NCBI GenBank assembly: GCA_035221665.1
Contig: CM069137.1
Span: 76,942,001 to 77,006,000 of the forward strand
Origin: Okamejei kenojei
Lineage: Eukaryota
Direction of reading: 5' to 3'
Length of the DNA: 64,000 nt
Shown: positions 1 to 12,300 of the stretch, in pieces
How positions within the stretch are numbered: the stretch's first letter is position 1
Layout of the letters: each line of letters begins with the position of its first letter
Position numbers and translations under genes: made by a program
The notes under the pieces: model-generated
Told to the model about the DNA's origin: nothing
What the model saw: the letters and a program-made list of their open reading frames with translations, nothing else
Database searches by the model: none

Positions 1-72
1 TATTATTTCTTCCAAATTCTTTGCAGATTCTTTTCAATAAGTTCAATGAAATGGAAGGGTAAAAATACCAAC

Positions 73-351
73 CCAATACTGTAATGGAAGCTTTGCATCT
101 GCTGTTACCAACGTCATTTTGGACCTCACAGGCATATTCACCACTATCCTCTTTCTCAGTGAAAGGGATCTTTAAACTAGTAACCTTATTTGTAATGCTG
201 ATTTTGTATTTTCTCCCACTAATCAACTCTGTGCCATTCTTAAACCATTTGGCTTTAATTTCTGGTGTTCCTGTAAAAGTGCAGTCCAGTGTTGCTGGCT
301 CTCCTGCAGTTACACTAATAGAGTCTGCTTTTTCTATTATACTTGCAGGTT
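73..351 (-). CDS. TTN: TTN Ig exon, second super-repeat position 4, 279 nt
   Basis: [29 protein letters not shown]; clear DNA-level paralogy to 6277..6555; CAG acceptor, GTTGGT donor. Confidence 0.93.
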
Positions 352-3300
352 CTGTGACAATAAAAAAAATCATATTAGAGCAAGAATATGAGAAACAATA
401 GAAGACTATTAATTTTCCTGCCATGAGCTGAAATATTGAACTAATTAAAAAAAACACACCGACAATCTTTGTAAAGGCTATATTGCTTATCCAAGCCTCC
501 TTGTGTTCAGGAGAGATGATCAAACAAATGTTTATCGTGTCAAATTGAATTGACTTGAAGTTGTTGGGAGCCAATACACATCAACTGTTAGCGACCCACT
601 TTGTTTGAGACTTTCCCACCTGCTTTGCAAAATACATAAGTCTGAAAGCCACATACCAACCTATCTAAACTTTCTCCATTCTAGGCTTTCTATCAAGTCC
701 TGTGGCAAAGTAATGATGTGGAGGAAGGAGAGCAGCATTTTGTAACTATTCCCTCAGTTCTATGTAGGAGCTGGTTAATGCGCAAAGGAGAATTCATTTA
801 TTTCTTTGAATAAACACAGTTAAAATAATTTATAAAGGAAAATGTGTGAATGATTTAATTTCATTTTACTTTAATGTTTTTAAGTGCTCTACAGTTTTTA
901 AGTTTTGTTTTACCATTTAAAATAATTAAATCTAATTAACTAATTTTTAAATATTACTTACTCTCAAATATATTAAAACATTGTTCCAAACCATTGGACC
1001 ATGATAAACAGCCATAGGCTGCAAGGGTATTCATAGTGAGAGAGGTTAGACACAAAAACAATAGTTGTTTTCACACCCTTTATGATGTTATATGGCATTA
1101 TGGTAATATGAAAGTTATGTGGCATTTTGAGCATTGACCTGTGGCCTTGTTAAAATACTAATTAAAGATAAGAGTTGATAAAGAAATGAAGGGAGCAACA
1201 TTGAAAGAAACCGAATGAAGGAAGGACACATTAAATAATTTAAAAAAGAGATAGAAAAAAAGATTAGATTAATGGAGTTTTTGAAGGAAATAAAACTAAC
1301 ATGTTTTGAAATCTCTGAGTAATTTACTGCTTGCAAGTAAGATAATAGTTTTAATTGAATAATCCCTTTCTGACCCCACAATATTATACTTCATGTCACT
1401 ACCATAAATCAAATAATTTCAAATGCCCTTGCAACATGAAACACTAGTGCAAATCATCCAGCAATTTATGACTTCAACAACTAATAGTATATATTTTCCT
1501 GCCTCAAATCCCAAGTTTTATGCATTCAGCACTCTAGCCCTAAATTTACTTTTACAAATACTTTCTTTATAGTTTAACCATTCTAAAAAATATAGTATTT
1601 GTTTTCAATGTCTTACAACATCATTCAAAAAATTAAAATAACTCAGAACACTGCAAGCTGTTAATTTTTAGAAATAGCTGAATTATTAACATTGAGGATA
1701 GCATTCTTTAAACTAACCTTTCACAGTTAAATTTGCAACACACTTTGTGATTCCAGCATCATTCTTTGCCTGACAAACAAACTTTCCACCATGATGTTTT
1801 TCTACCGTAGTAATCTGCAGTGTTGCTATATCTTTTTCAAAAGATATTTTAGTATTAGTATCTTCAGTAATATCATCTTTATCTTTTTGCCAGGAAATGG
1901 AAATTGGGCTTGAACCTTTCACAGTACTTTGAAACATAGCAGGCATTCCCAAAAGAACTGTAATATTTTCAATCTTCTTGAAAAACGATGGTGGTTCTGT
2001 TTTTAAAACGAAGCATTTAAATTATAAGACTCACTAAATAGTCAGTGCAAAGTCAATTTTTAAATAGGAAAAACAAAATTAGTTTTATTAAAATATAATG
2101 GAAAATAAACTCTTGCTTCACTAACCTTTCAGAGTCACTGTAGAACTGCATGAACAACCTCCAACTTCATTTGATACCTTGCATTGATATTCACCAACGT
2201 CCACGGTATCAAATTTAAGAATATGCAAACTAACTAAAGAGTTTTGAAAGATTGTCTTGTACTTTTTGCTAGGCCTAATTTGTTTAATGTCTTTATACCA
2301 AGAAATTTCAAAGGGGCCTGTACCAGCCACCTCACATTCAAGAATAATATCAGAGGCTTTAATCACCTCAAGAGATTCAAGTCCTTTAGTGAATGATGGT
2401 GGTTCTGCAAAAGAACAAATAATAAATTCAATCTAAAAATGTCATTTGACCTCTAAACCCAAATATATAAGCTCCACAAATATCTTGTGGATGTAAACAG
2501 AGTACAAAATTATGTGATATTTTCACAGACCTTTAACAGTTACAGTAACACTGCAACTCTCACTACCAACTTCGTTCTTAGCTTCACAGGTGTATTCGCC
2601 ACTGTCTTCCACAACACCATCAAGAATTTCAAGAACTGACACACAGTTAACAAATGACATTCGGTATTTGTCACTGGGATGAATCTGCTTGTCTTTCCTA
2701 TACCATGTAACTTTAATTTCAGGTGTGCCAGTTACTTCACATTCAAACCGAGCCGAGTCACCACTTTTCAATAATTTTGATGGCTCTAGCTTCCGTGAAA
2801 ATGATGGTGGTTCTATAAAAATCAAGATGCCATGAAGAATACATTTAAAAGATATTCATAAGAAGTAACAAAGATGAGACAAAAAGCATATGTTCATATG
2901 CATATCACAAAGCTTATCACTTCAAAGTGATTATAGCTTCAATTCCTCTTATTACTAAAAGCATACCGCAGAATATTTGGGATATTTTAATACAAAGAAC
3001 AAAGAGTAATAAGATGTTCAGTCACTCTACACCTCCATGCCCCAACAGGAAGGTCTTAAAGCCCACCATTTCTTCCTCGACCGCAGAACCAGCTAATTTC
3101 CATCTACTAACACTCTCCTCCGCCAAGCAGAGCTGGTCCTTACCCTTAACAACTTCTCCTTCGACTCCTCCCACTTCCTTCAAATCCAAGGCATAGCTGT
3201 GGGCACTCGCATGGGCCCCTGCTATGCCTGCCTCTTTGTAGGGTACGTCGAACAATCACTGTTGCAGGCGTACACTGGCTCTATCCCAGAACACTACCTG

Positions 3301-6300
3301 CGCCACATTGACGACTGTATCGGTGCTACGTCCTACACCCATGCAGAACTCACTGACTTCATCAACTTCATGACTAGTTTCCATTCTGCACTCAAATTCG
3401 CTTGGACCATCTCGGACATTTCTCTACTGTTTCTGGATCTCACCGTCTCCATCACAGGAGACAGACTATAAACTGACATCTATTACAAATCCACTGACTC
3501 CCACAGCTATCTTGACTACACTTCTTCCCACCCTGCATCCTGTAAAGACTCTATCCCCTACTCTCAATTCCTCTGTCTACGCCGCATCTGCGCCCAGGAT
3601 GAGATGTTCCATAGCAGGTCATCAGAGATTTCCTCATTCTTTAGGGAACGGGGGTTCCACTCTACCATTATAGATGAGGATCTCACTAGGATCTCCTCGA
3701 TATCCCGCAGCTCCGCTCTAGCTCTTCCTCCCTCCATTCGTAACAAAGAGAGAGTCCTCAACTTCCACCCCATCAGGCGTTGCATACAGCACATAATCCT
3801 CCGACATTTTCGTCACATCCAATGGGATCCGACTACTAACCACATCTTCTCATCTCCACCCCTTTCCACTTTCAGCAGAGACCGTTCCCTCCGCAACTCC
3901 CTGGTCAACTCGTCTCTTTCCAGCCAAAACACCCCTTCTCCGGGTACTTTCCCCAGTAACCGCAGGAGATGCAACACCTATCCCTATACCTCCCCCGGAA
4001 CTCTGTCCAAGGACACCGACAGTCTTTCAAAGTGAGGCATAGGTTCACTTGCACCTCCTCCAAAGTCATTTACTGTATCCTCTGTTCCAGTTGTGGACTC
4101 CCGTGTATCAGCGAAACCAAGCGTAGGCTTGGCGATCGTTTCGCTAAACACCTCCGATTGGCCCGCCTAAACCTACCTGTTTTCCTGGTTACTCAACATT
4201 TTAACTTCTCATTCCATTCCCACACTGACCTTTCTGTCCTGGGCCTCCACCATTGTCAGAGTGAGGCCCAGCACAAATTGGAGGAAAAGCAACTCATATT
4301 GTGCTTGGGGGTTACACAAAAAGCTGGAGAAACTCAGCGGGTGCAGCAGCATCTAAGGAGCGAAGGAGATGGGCGACGTTTCGGGTCGAGACCCTTCTTC
4401 AGACATATTGTGCTTGGGTAGCTTGCACCCCAGCGGTGGGAACATTGACTTCTCTAACCTCAAGTAGCCCTTGCTTTCCCTCTCTCTCCATCCCCTCACC
4501 CTTCCCAGCTCTCCTACCGGTCTTACTATCTCTGACTACATTTTATCTCTCTGTACCGCCCACTCCCTTGACATCAGTCTGAAGAAGGGTCTCGACCCAA
4601 AACGTCGCCCATTCCTTCTCTCCAGAGATGCTGCCTGTCCTGCTGAGTTACTCCAGCATTTTGTGTCTACCAAGGAGTAATAAGATACTGAATAAATATT
4701 AAGCAGAATATATATATATTTTTAAAACAATCACCTTTAACAAAAAGATTTGTTGTACAGGAAATTGTTCCAGCATCATTGCTGATTTCACAAATGTAAT
4801 CATCCGCATCAGATGGTTTCACTGAAAAAAACTCAAGATAGGTTGTAGAAATATCCTTCATAATGAAACAGCTGCCACCAGTCACAAGTTCTGTGTTACC
4901 CTTGTACCATTTCATTGACATTGGAGGTGTTCCATTTACAACAGTCTTAAACTTCACAGTTGTAGCAGGCAGAACTTTCACTGATGCAGGTTTTAATATA
5001 AAGCTTGGTGGTTCTAAAATAAAAAAAATTAAAACAGCACATAAACTTCATAGTAATCAAACATATCAAGCAAGTACGTTTTCCCACCTTACGTTTCCCC
5101 TTTTTTGAAAATGTGCCACAAGATATGCAGGCAAGAGACGAGTGGTCGACTGGTCCATTTAATTGGGATCAAAAAATGAATATTATTTTATCACTAATGA
5201 GGCATATTCCATGGATTTGCCTAAAAGATTAGTGAATGTATCTGCCAAATAGTTAACTAACACAAACCAGCAAATATAATGATCAATTGCTAATGTGTGG
5301 TCAGCTAGCTGATCTCTGGAGGGTGATTGTGGCATCCTTGTTACCACAGCAAGAAATGAGACAAAAAAATGAGGGAGGGTGTTTATTCCTAACATTTGAC
5401 GAATGGAAGTTGAATAATGGCAGGAAGGAACTGCAGATGCTGGTTTACACTGTAGACACAAAATGCTGGAGTAACTCAGTGGGATAGGCAGCATCTCTGG
5501 AGGGTCACCTTCTGAAAGGTCTCAAGCTGAAATGTCACCCATTTGTTCTATCCAGAGATGCTGCCTGCCCCGCTGAGTTACTCCAGCATTTTGTGTCCCT
5601 AATGAATAATGGCAGAATACCGCTCTGCAGAAACAACTGCCCTAGTTGAATAGCTTACTGATTTTCTGCGCCAAGCATCATTTGAAATTATGGACCATCG
5701 AATAGGAACTAAAAGATAACATAAAAACTTCCTTGGCAGAAAAGGTGTCAGGAAAGAAAAAATGGCCCAAAATGTAGGCAAATTTCAACATATTTATCAA
5801 TGAATATGTCATTTAAGTGACAATAAAACTTATTTACACAAAAACCATATTGGCAAAAGAGAAAATGTCAGAATTAAGTTATGTGTTCAAACCTTTCACA
5901 TTTAAGACTCCACTGCATTCATCACTTCCTGCAGAGTTAGTAGCTTTACACGAGTAAGTTCCACCATCCTTAATTTCTAATTGTTTAATCGCCAGAACAG
6001 CGGTGTTGTCTTGACATGACATTGTGTATTTAACACTGGCTGATAACTCTTTGTCATCTTTATACCAAGAAATCCCAACAGGGAGAGAACCAGAGAATTT
6101 GCAATCCATGTGAAAGGTCGCACCCAATGTGCTGGTCATTTTCCTTAATTTTTTAGTGAAGGTTGGGGCAATCATACGATCTGTCCAAGGCAAAGCAACA
6201 TGTCAATGATATCTTAATTAATTAAAGAATTTGCTTAAATTATTGAAAAAATAATAATTATCAATTATATACTAACCCAATACTGTAATGGAAGTTTTGC

Positions 6301-9300
6301 AACTGCAACTCCCCACATCATTTTTGATTTCAAAAGTATATTCACCACTGTCCTCATTTTCTGCAGAAATAATCCTTAGGCTAGCAACTTTATTTAATAA
6401 ACTTGTTTTGTACTTTCTACTGGATATTATCTCCTTTCCATTCTTGAACCATTTAATTTTTAGTTCTGGTGTGCCGGCTATTACGAACTCCAAAGTTGCT
6501 GGATCTCCAGCAGTCACACTAATTGGTTCCGCTTTCTCTATGATATTTGCTGGCTCTATGGTGAAATAAAATGGTTAACGTTAACAACGCTTGGCAATGT
6601 AAGTAAGGCATGTTGTTTTATAAGACAAACCAATACATTATCAAACTGACCTTTCACTATTAATGTTGCTAAACACTTTTGGCTTCCTGCTTCATTTTCT
6701 GCATGGCAACTGTATTTGCCACTACAGTTCATTTCAACAGTACCAATGTGAAGAGTACCAACATTGTTCTCAAAACTCATTTTGACATTATTACTTTCTG
6801 CGATAACATCCTTATCTTTCATCCAAGTTAAAGTGATAGGTAGTGATCCTTTTGTACTGCATTGAAACATTGCTGAGGTTCCCAAAATTGCTGTTGCATT
6901 TTCAATTTTCTTCACAAATGATGGGGGTTCTAATTTCAAAGGAAGGTACAAATAATGTGGTTTTAATTTAAAAGGCAGGCACAGCTTACATGTTATACAT
7001 CCATCTATTGAATCTTATTAAAATGTTTACGTTAATATGACATCTTTCTTGCAATTTCCAAAAATATTACTGACCTTTCATCTTCACCGTTGCACCACAT
7101 AGACACTTTCCTACTTCATTAGACACTGTGCATTGATAATCACCAACATCTGGGAACTCAAAAAAGCTAATGTGGAGATAAGCACGCATATTTTGGAAAA
7201 TCATCTTGTACTTCTTACTAAGTCGGATCTGCTTTTTGTCTTTGTGCCAGACAACTTCAAATGGAGTTGTACCAGTCAGCTCACATTCAAGAGTACAATT
7301 GAATCCTTTTACCACTTCAGTGGGATCAAATGTTTTGATAAAAGAGGGAGGTTCTAAAGAGGAAGGCACAAAAATTCAATTTCAAACTACCTGTTCAAAA
7401 AGGTTAAAGAAATAAACAATATGAATTTTTCAACAGCAGCAACATTGTACGAACCTTTGACTGTAATGATAGTGCTGCAGCTTTCTGTACCAGCTTCATT
7501 TTGTGCTTCACAAACATAATCCCCACTGTCTTCTACATTTATATCGTTAATCTCAAGAACAGCTGCAGAATCACTAAATGATATCTTGTATTTTTCCGAG
7601 GAATTGAGAATCATATTGTTTTTGTACCAGGTAACATTAATTTCAGGCGAACCTTTCACTTGGCAATTCAAATGTGCTGAATCACCTTTTTTCAACAGCA
7701 GCGATAGTTCTGGCTTTCTTATGAATGAAGGTGGTTCTGAAGGTAAGTTTAAAGAAAAATATTAAGAGATGCCAAAGGTAAAAACATTTAGAAAGAACTA
7801 ATATCACCAAGACAATTCTTTAAAGAAAAATTACAAAGCTTAAGGTGTTATTCATTGCTTGTAATTTGAGGGAAAATTCTGGCTAGGTTGGTTCAGTTTG
7901 CTTTGTTTTCATGTTAACATGTCATCAACAGAACTCTTCATTGATTCATTGTATCTCGTTTCAAATTATCCAGTGTAATGTTTTATGTTATAAAATTGAA
8001 ATAAAGAAGCAAGCTAACAATAAAGGCTAAAAACCTACATGTTCAACACCATCAATAAGAGTAAGAAAATCCCTGCTGCAAGGTCATTTTGCAGTCATGT
8101 TATAAAAGCAACTGCTTAATTTAGTAGAAATTCAATGAATGTACATTGTTCACAGGATTGACTCCTGGGGTAGCATCACTACGTTACAAGAAGAGATCAA
8201 ACAGACAGGGCCTGCACTCTGCAGTTTAGAAAAAAAAGAAGAAATGTTCTTATTGAAGCATTCAAACTTCTTACAGGACTTGACATGGTTGATTTCAAGA
8301 TGATATGTCCCCAGGTTGGCATATCTACAACCAGAGGTCAGTCCCAAAATAAAGAGATCTGAATTGGTAACAAATGTCCTCACCCACAGCATTTGGGATT
8401 GTCTGTTCAAGAAGGTCCCAGAGGTTAAATTCATAACTATATTCAGGTCATAGATCAATAACATTTAGATAATAAAATAATTGTTAGATATGTGATTAGA
8501 GCAGGAAAACAGGACAGAGGTAAATGATCAGCCGTTATAATACTGAATGGCTGAGAGGTTCCAAGAAACCAAATTATTTGATTCCAGCTCTATTTCTTAT
8601 ATTTCCTAATCATGTAATAAGGTAGAGGTTGAGGTTATATTTTAATAAATTTCTGTGATATAACATATGTCAAAATAAAAGAGTCCCTGAAAAAATCTCA
8701 AATATGAAGAGCTTGTGTAGGTGAAACATCAAACTATATTTCTAAAGTGCCTTTAACATAGTAAAATGTCCAAGGTCTTTCGCAAGAGTTATTAAACAAC
8801 AATTTGACACAACCATACATTAGGCACATAATATAAAGATGAATTTTATAAAGTCTCTTTAAAAAGGAAAGAATGAAAGAGAGGCAAAGAGATTTAAGGA
8901 CATTTCCAGACCTTGTTGCTGAAGGCATGACTGACAAAGATGAAGAAATGAAAAATAGGGATGTTTAATGGGACAAAGTTGAAGATTCACAACTCTCTCA
9001 GAGGTCATGGAAAAAGGTTGGATAATTAGGGCTCTGAAATAGGATTGACAATTTCAAAACTGAAGGGTTGCTTAACCAGAAAGAAATCGGTGAAAGGTGA
9101 GGGAAAAGTACTTAGCAGAACTTAGGATACTTTCAAGTCTTTGATGACCTCAGTCTTATGGGGGAAAATATCAGGGAGTCCTTTGGAATTATCATACAGA
9201 AGAAACAAAACAAAATTGAGATATGCTTACAAAAGATTATGTTTTGGCAAACCTCTTTTCATCATGATGCGTTAACCGAATCACTGTCTCCGAACTATGA

Positions 9301-12300
9301 TTGAATATGAATATATATATATGATTGAATATGAATATATATGTATATATATATATATAATATACAAATTAAGATAAACATACTCCTTGTATTAACCAGA
9401 ATTAGTCTTCACCATCTAAAGACGGCACAGTGACACAGACGTTATTGGTGCTGCCTCACAGCTCCATTGTCCCAGATCCCATCTCGACACCCAGTACAGT
9501 CTGTTTTTAATTTGCATTTCATCTCTGTGATTGTGAGAGTTTGTTCCAGATGTTCCAGTTTCCTCCCAAACCCAGGTTAGGTTATTTGGCTACAGTAAAT
9601 AATTCCACCTATCAGTGAATGCTAGGAGATTCACGGAGAGTTAATGGGCATATGAAAGTGAGTTACAGAGAAATAAATGTGGGAGTGAATTAATGAAAAT
9701 TTTCAAAGAGTTTACATGCAAGAATTTTTTTCTATATTGAAACCTTTAAAAATGTACTTCAAGCAGCCACATGTTCTGCTAAAAAAACAGCTTGTGATTT
9801 GCAACACTCCTTACCTTTAACTGTTAATAGTGCCGAGCAGGAATCACTTCCAGCTTCATTAGAAGCCGTACACACATAATTCCCTTCATCTTTCAGTCTA
9901 GCTTTCAAGATTTCCAAAACAGCTATTTTGTCTTCAAATGTAAGTTTATAATATTTGCTTGAATGAAGGTCTAATCCGTCTTTTTTCCATGAAATTGTTA
10001 CTGATGTGTCATCATTCACTTGACATTCAAGACGTGCACCAGTGTTAATTACAGTCTGAGTAGGTTCAAGTCTTCGAGTGAAAGATGGTTTGTCAAGTAC
10101 AATTAGATCAGAAGAACAGATATCAGTGCCACATTCATTGGTCACTTTGCAAGAATAGGTTCCTTTGTTCTGAACATTTAAGTTACTGAATTCCAAAGCA
10201 TGTTTGTTGCCTTTAGAAAATATTTTATAGTTGTCTTCATCTGTAACATCAATACCATTCTTCTGCCAAATAGTATGGATCACAGGTGATCCAGACACTG
10301 TGCATTCAAGTCTTGCAGTTTTACCTACAAATGTTGTAACCGATTCCAGTCTGGTTATAAAGCTCGGTGGGGTAAGTTCTGCAAAATGAACATTTGGATT
10401 AGGTTTTCAACTGACAGGGAATTAGACTTTAAGAGATTTAGGTAGGTAAATTTGCTTAAAATGTGTTTAAAAGAGAAAGAAAACTGACAATACTGATATT
10501 CTAATGTCTTTGCTGGATTTTTATAAAGTTTACCATATGAAACCAGATTATTTTTTTAGAACAATTTTATCTAGATATCAAAACTGCTTTGGATGATATC
10601 ACAGGAAATAATGGAAAGAAAACAAATGTTTCTGTTATATAACGCTGGTGATAAAAATTGAAGATATCTTTCATTGGTTTAATTTCAACTCCACACAACT
10701 TTGAAAATAAAATTATTCCACATTAGAAAACCACATATATCGTTTTATGTATGAATAGATATACAAAAAAACCAATTAGGAGAAAGAGTGAGCCACTGTC
10801 ACTAGAGCCTGCTCCACAATTGATTGTAATCTCATGTCTGTATTCTTGTTTATCAAGTATCTATGTACTCTACCTTAAAATATTTAAAAATAAAAATAGT
10901 TTCACATTGTTATCCATTTAACAGATCTTTGCACGCTCACTGAACCTTCTATATTCCTATCCTATATTTGTCTATATTCCTTTGTAAACTCCTTCACAAT
11001 GTCCTATCCTATCCATCTCTGTGCCACCAGCAAATTTAGCAACCATACCTCCAAATTACTATTTAAATTACGAAAATAATTTTGGTTATATGAAAATAAT
11101 TATAGTTAAAACTATGCAAGCCTTTTAAAGCCAAATCAAATTGAAAACTAAATGTTGAAATGAAACATAACAATCAAAGCTTAATCTACTTACCAGTCAC
11201 AATCAATTTAGCTGTGCTGCTTACACTGCCAATCTGGTTTGATGCTCTGCAAGTATATTCTCCACAGTCAATTAACTGGGGTTTCAAAAGTTTCAAGATG
11301 GAAATATATTTCTTGTTCACAATGTTGTATTTCTCACTGTCACGAAGTTCAGCTCTGGCTCGGAACCATTGGAATCTCACATCAGGAATAGGATCAACCT
11401 CACATTCAAACTGAGTGGCGTGTGCAACTATCACCTCCTGTGATTCAATCTTCCTTTTGAAAACTGGAGGCACTGCAGATATAAATGTTAAAAACATGTT
11501 ACAACATTGCAATAACAAACTCTAATTCTTTAAGCATAAAGTGTAGAGGTGCCCCCTGAAATTCAAAAATGTAGGACGTTAGGGTGATAGAAACTAACAA
11601 TCCATGGAGTGACTGTGGAGAAGAAATGATGGTTAAAAGGTGTTAGCTGACCAGTGGCTGTGCTCAAGGTAGTAAATGATAATACTTCAATGAATGAAAT
11701 TCAAAATGTATTGTCGTGAAGTGCATAGATGCATGCAAGTAATTGATATAAACATTTTTTTTTTCCTGGAACAAAGTAGTTGACAAAATGTGATATTAGG
11801 AGGAAAAATATCAATATTCAGTTGTTTTCTCGTTATGATATAGTGATGGCAATGATAAATATCTAGCATTTCCTCAAAAGTGGATATGGGGATGAAAGCA
11901 ATATTGCATTAGTAAAAACCTAAAAAGATGGGTGATGTTAATTAATTGTTAATATTAAAACATTAGGGGGTCATAATTGAATATTCACAGAAGTCTTTTA
12001 AAACATGAAATTAACTTTAAAAGCTCTTTATTACTGTCAGTGAAAGCTTATGAAGATCAATCACATCAATAAGAAACAATTTCACATTACATTTTTTGCA
12101 ATCAAGATTTAAAAGTAGCAATGCCTAATTGATGAAATAAACTGATGTGGTCTTATCAAGCTTTGACGTCTCGTATATAGACACTAAATGGGTAACAAAA
12201 TTACTATTTTATCATTAAAATATGGGGAAGGAAGGGAAAAGGAAGAATGGGGTAGGAAATATTTAGTTACGTTAATTTATCAGTATAAACTAAAAACAAT

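Larger units (their letters stand above)
3020..4670 (+). mobile_element. Penelope-like retroelement, 5'-truncated and degenerate (RT plus GIY-YIG endonuclease plus 3' terminal repeat)
   Basis: ORF fragments [24 protein letters not shown] and [27 protein letters not shown]. Confidence 0.9.

Noticed and set aside
84-401. Plus-strand ORFs opposite Ig exons (also 6288..6569, 4863..5108, 11160..11414, 15246..15629, 21110..21475)
   Set aside because: Antisense shadows of titin exons. Their mutual similarity only reflects exon paralogy.
9297-9362. Duplicated ATGATTGAATATGAAT(AT)n
   Set aside because: Ordinary microsatellite slippage.
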